The notes beneath the pieces were generated by a model. That model did not search any database, was not told the DNA's origin, and was given only the letters and a program-made list of their open reading frames with translations. This document shows, piece after piece, positions 60,514-64,000 of a DNA stretch of 64,000 nucleotides. The position numbers were made by a program, and so were the translations under genes. Source of the DNA: Malacoraja senta (taxonomy: Eukaryota); the NCBI GenBank assembly GCA_038087875.1, contig CM075993.1, forward strand, positions 3,784,001-3,848,000. The letters run 5' to 3'. The stretch's first letter is position 1. Every line of letters begins with the position of its first letter.

Positions 60514-63500
60514 GTAAGAACTTCGCCGGTGTTTGACCAGGATTCACGCACAGCGTGTAATCTGGAGCCAGGATTCGGGGACACAACTTCCCCCATAGAT
60601 CGCTGTGGTGGAAGTTACTTTAAACCGAAGATAGACACAAACAGCTGGAGTAAACTCAGCGGGACAGGCAGCATCTCTGGAGAGAAGGAATGGGCGACGT
60701 TTCTGGTCGAGACCCTTCTTCAGGCTGCATTCTACAGACCCTCCCCCCGTGACTTTCAGTCTGAAGAAGGGTCTTGACCCAAGGCGTCACGCATTCCTTC
60801 TCCAAAGATGCTGTCTGTCCCGCTGAGTTACTGTAGATTGCTGTCTGCGTATAACTATTGTTCTTATTGTCAGTAAAGTTACAGAGAGGGAATAAGGGTT
60901 CAAATATCTCCCAAGATATCGCAGGTGCCAGAGACAAGAGGAACTGCAGATGCTGACTTGCCAAAGGGGATATAAAGTGCTGGTTACTCAGCGGGTGGGG
61001 CAGCATTTGTGTGGTGGAATGGGGAGGAATCTTGAGCAACGTAGAAGGTGTTGGAGTTTACTCAGCGGGTCAAGAGGCAAAAATATTGCAACATATCTCA
61101 GTTTCCTGCACGCCAAAGCATCCGCGCAGACAAACACAAGCAGCTGGAGTAACTCAGCGGGACAGGCAGCATCTCTGGGTGGAAGGGATGGGTGACGGTT
61201 CGGGTCGAGACCCTTCTTCAGACTGAGAGTCGCGACTCACGGGAACGGAAGATTGAAGTCTGAAGAAGGGTCTCGACCCGAAACATAACCCGTTCCTTCT
61301 CTCCAGAGACGCTGTCTGACCCGCTGAGTTACTCCAGCGTTTTGTGTCTGTCTGCGCGGACGCTTTGGCGTGCAGGAGTCGCACGCGACCTTCGCGGGAC
61401 CGTCGCGCCTCAACGCGACCACGAAATTAGCGTGCCATGGACGCGTAAGTGGGACAGGGCTTTACAGATACAGATGCGTCCACCTCCGGTGTAAACCAGC
61501 ATCTGTAGTTCCTTCCGACACAAAGCAGATGCGTATATCTGATTTCAAATCCCCGTCTGTCGTATCTGGAATAACTAGTTCGTATGTTGCAAAAAATAGG
61601 TCAAATTCTTTTGCTTCAACTTTTGTCGGCTGTCACTGTGCTGTAGATGAGAGGGGTCTGTTGCAGATTGGTCTTGCAAGGGCGCCCAGCGTTTTCAGTG
61701 GGCGGTGCCGAGTCGTGTCGTTTGGCCCGTCCATTGTAAACGTGTGATAGCTGCAATAGTTAACTGTAGGAAGAAACTGCAGATGCTGGTTTAAACCGAA
61801 GATAGACACAAAAAGCTGGAGTAAGTGGGCGGGACAGGCAGCATCTCTGGAGAAAAGGAACAGGCAACGTTTTCGGGTCTGAAGAAGGGTCTCGACCCGA
61901 AACATCATCTGCCCATGTTCTCCAGAGATGCTGCCTGCCCCACTGAGTTACTCCAGCACTTTATATCTTTTGTTTGTAGACCAGCACTTGCCGTTCCTTG
62001 TATCCACCCGTCTCTATTGCTAGCCTTTCATTTCGTTAAGAGCTTGCAATTTCTGATTGGGTTGGATTTTCATATCTGGAGCATAAAGCAATGGACAGGA
62101 CGAGAGGAATAGATCGGGTAGATGCACAGAGTCTCTTGCCCAGAGTAGGGGAATCGAGGACTAGAGGACATAGGTTCAAGGTGAAGGGGAAAAGACTTAA
62201 TAAGAATCTGAGGGGTAACTTTTTCACACAAAGGGCGGTGGGTGTATGGAACGAGCTGCTGGAGGAGGTAGTTGAGGCTGGGACTATCCCAACATTTAAG
62301 AAAACAGTTAGCATTCGCGGAGGGAGTGGACAGGCGCCGTTTTGGGTCTGGACAATTCCTCAGCAGTTTGAGTTTATTTGTTGTTCCTCGTGAATCCAGC
62401 ATCTGTAGTCTCCTGTGCGCTTCCACCTCTACAGGTTTCAGCGCTGTTTTACAGGGAATTGTGAAGTTTTAGGGCAAATTGTGGAATTCCCTGCCACAGA
62501 GGGCAGTGGAGGCCAAATCACTGGATGGATTCAAGAGAGAGTTAGATACAGCTCTAGGGGCTAGTGGAGTCAAGGGATATGGGGAGAAGGCAGGCACGGG
62601 TTATTGATTGGGGACGATCAGCCATGATCACAATGAATGGCGGTGCTGGCTCGAAGGGCCGAATGGCCTCCTATTTTCTATGTTTCTATGTAAATTAACC
62701 AGTGGTTAATTTCAACCCATCCACAGTTTGAACCTAAGACAAGCACAAAAAGCTGGCGTAACTCAGCGGGTCAGGCAGCATCTCTGGAGAGAAGGAACAG
62801 GTGACCCTTCTTCAGACTGGCCTCGACCCCAAACGTCACCCATTCCCTCTCTCCAGAGATGCTGCCTGTCCCGCTGAGTTACGCCAGCTTTTTGTGTCTA
62901 TCTTCGGTTTAAACCAACATCTGCAGTCCCTTTGACATGCAGTTAGCACGGGTCAGACATCAGTTGAAGGAAGTACAACGCCTTCGCTCTATGAGATCCC
63001 TAAAGGCAGGTTAATGGCGATAACAAGAACTCCTATTGACATAACAACAACTTCCCAAAGCTCTTCACATGAGAATCAGATTGGTCTGAAGAAGGGTCTG
63101 GACCCGAAACGTAGATGCTGCCTCACCCGCTGAGTTTCTCCAGCATTTTGTCCACCTGAGAATTAGATATAATCACTTTTACTTTGCAGTCTGAAGAAGG
63201 GTCCCGATCCCAACTGCAGATGTTAGAATCTTGCGCCGAGCAGAAAGTGCTGGAGTAACTCAGCGGGTCAGGCAGCATCTCTGGAGGGAATGGACCCCCC
63301 GACGTTCCTCTTCAGCCGTCGTGGTCATTACCCTCCCGCAGATGCTGACTGACCCAATGAGTTCCCCCAGCACCCAGTATTCCTCGCTCAAACCATCTCT
63401 GACTGCACTGCCTGTTTGAGTTCTCTCGTCAAGTCTTGAGGACGTGTAGCGGGGAATATACAGCGTATTAAAGACAAAAGGGGGGTGTCCTTGGAAACAC

Positions 63501-64000
63501 CCAGGAAAGTAGACACAGGAAACTGCAGGTGCTGGACTCCTGAGTGAAAAGAATCAAAGTGCTGGAGGAACTCAGCGGGTCAGGCAGCATCTGTGTGTGG
63601 GTGGGAGGGAGGGAGGGGGGGGGGGCGGGGAGGGGGTCGTTTTCCCAGGAACATCGTCTGTCCACTCCTTCCACAGATACACAGAGATCATTTGAAGGAA
63701 GCACAACGCCTTCGCTCTCTGAGATCCCTAAAGGCAGGTTAATGGCGATACCAACAACTCCTATTGACATAACAAAATCTTCCCAAAGCGCTTCACATGA
63801 GAATTAGATTGGTCTGAAGAAGGGTCTGGGACGGGTGAGGCAGCATCTGTGGATAGACGATGTTCCGGGAAAACGACCCCTCCCACCCCCCCCCCCCCCC
63901 CCCCCCCCTCCCACCCCACACAGATGCTTCTTCCTGAGGAGACTAAAGAAGGTCCATCTGTCTCCTCGGATTCTGGTGAACTTCTACCGCTGCACCATCG

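Noticed and set aside
60514..64000. DUOX coding exons
   Set aside because: No signal-peptide or peroxidase-domain exon recognised; the region is mostly repeats, so DUOX is only inferred and not annotated.

Overview
Eukaryotic, intron-rich vertebrate DNA. The repeat landscape (CR1/HER1-type LINE 3' ends, V-SINE/HE1-type SINEs, Penelope-derived foldback elements, Harbinger-type MITEs) points to a cartilaginous fish, probably a skate or ray; this is inference. Two convergent genes can be assembled by hand. (1) A complete 9-exon sorbitol dehydrogenase-like gene on + (CDS 762..40957, 385 aa) with mammalian-type SORD exon sizes and phases. It is strongly Cys-enriched (29 Cys), has changed substrate-pocket residues, and ends in a 39-aa Gln/Cys/Pro-rich tail. 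Its promoter has RFX X-box-like motifs. It is a candidate specialised, cross-linkable SORD paralog, possibly of sperm/flagellum or epithelium. (2) A dual oxidase maturation factor (DUOXA) gene on - (ATG at 58490). Coding exon 3 is missing, probably inside a 200-N gap, and coding exon 4 has a +1 frameshift in a homopolymer. Back-to-back splice donors at 60145 (-) and 60513 (+) suggest the DUOXA/DUOX bidirectional promoter. The rest is mostly nested transposon fragments (Penelope, Rex1/Babar, CR1, L1, Tx1, Hero, hAT, Harbinger, Kolobok-like), many carrying minimal hammerhead-like motifs, plus several local direct and inverted duplications. Comparisons with human proteins are from memory and need alignment.
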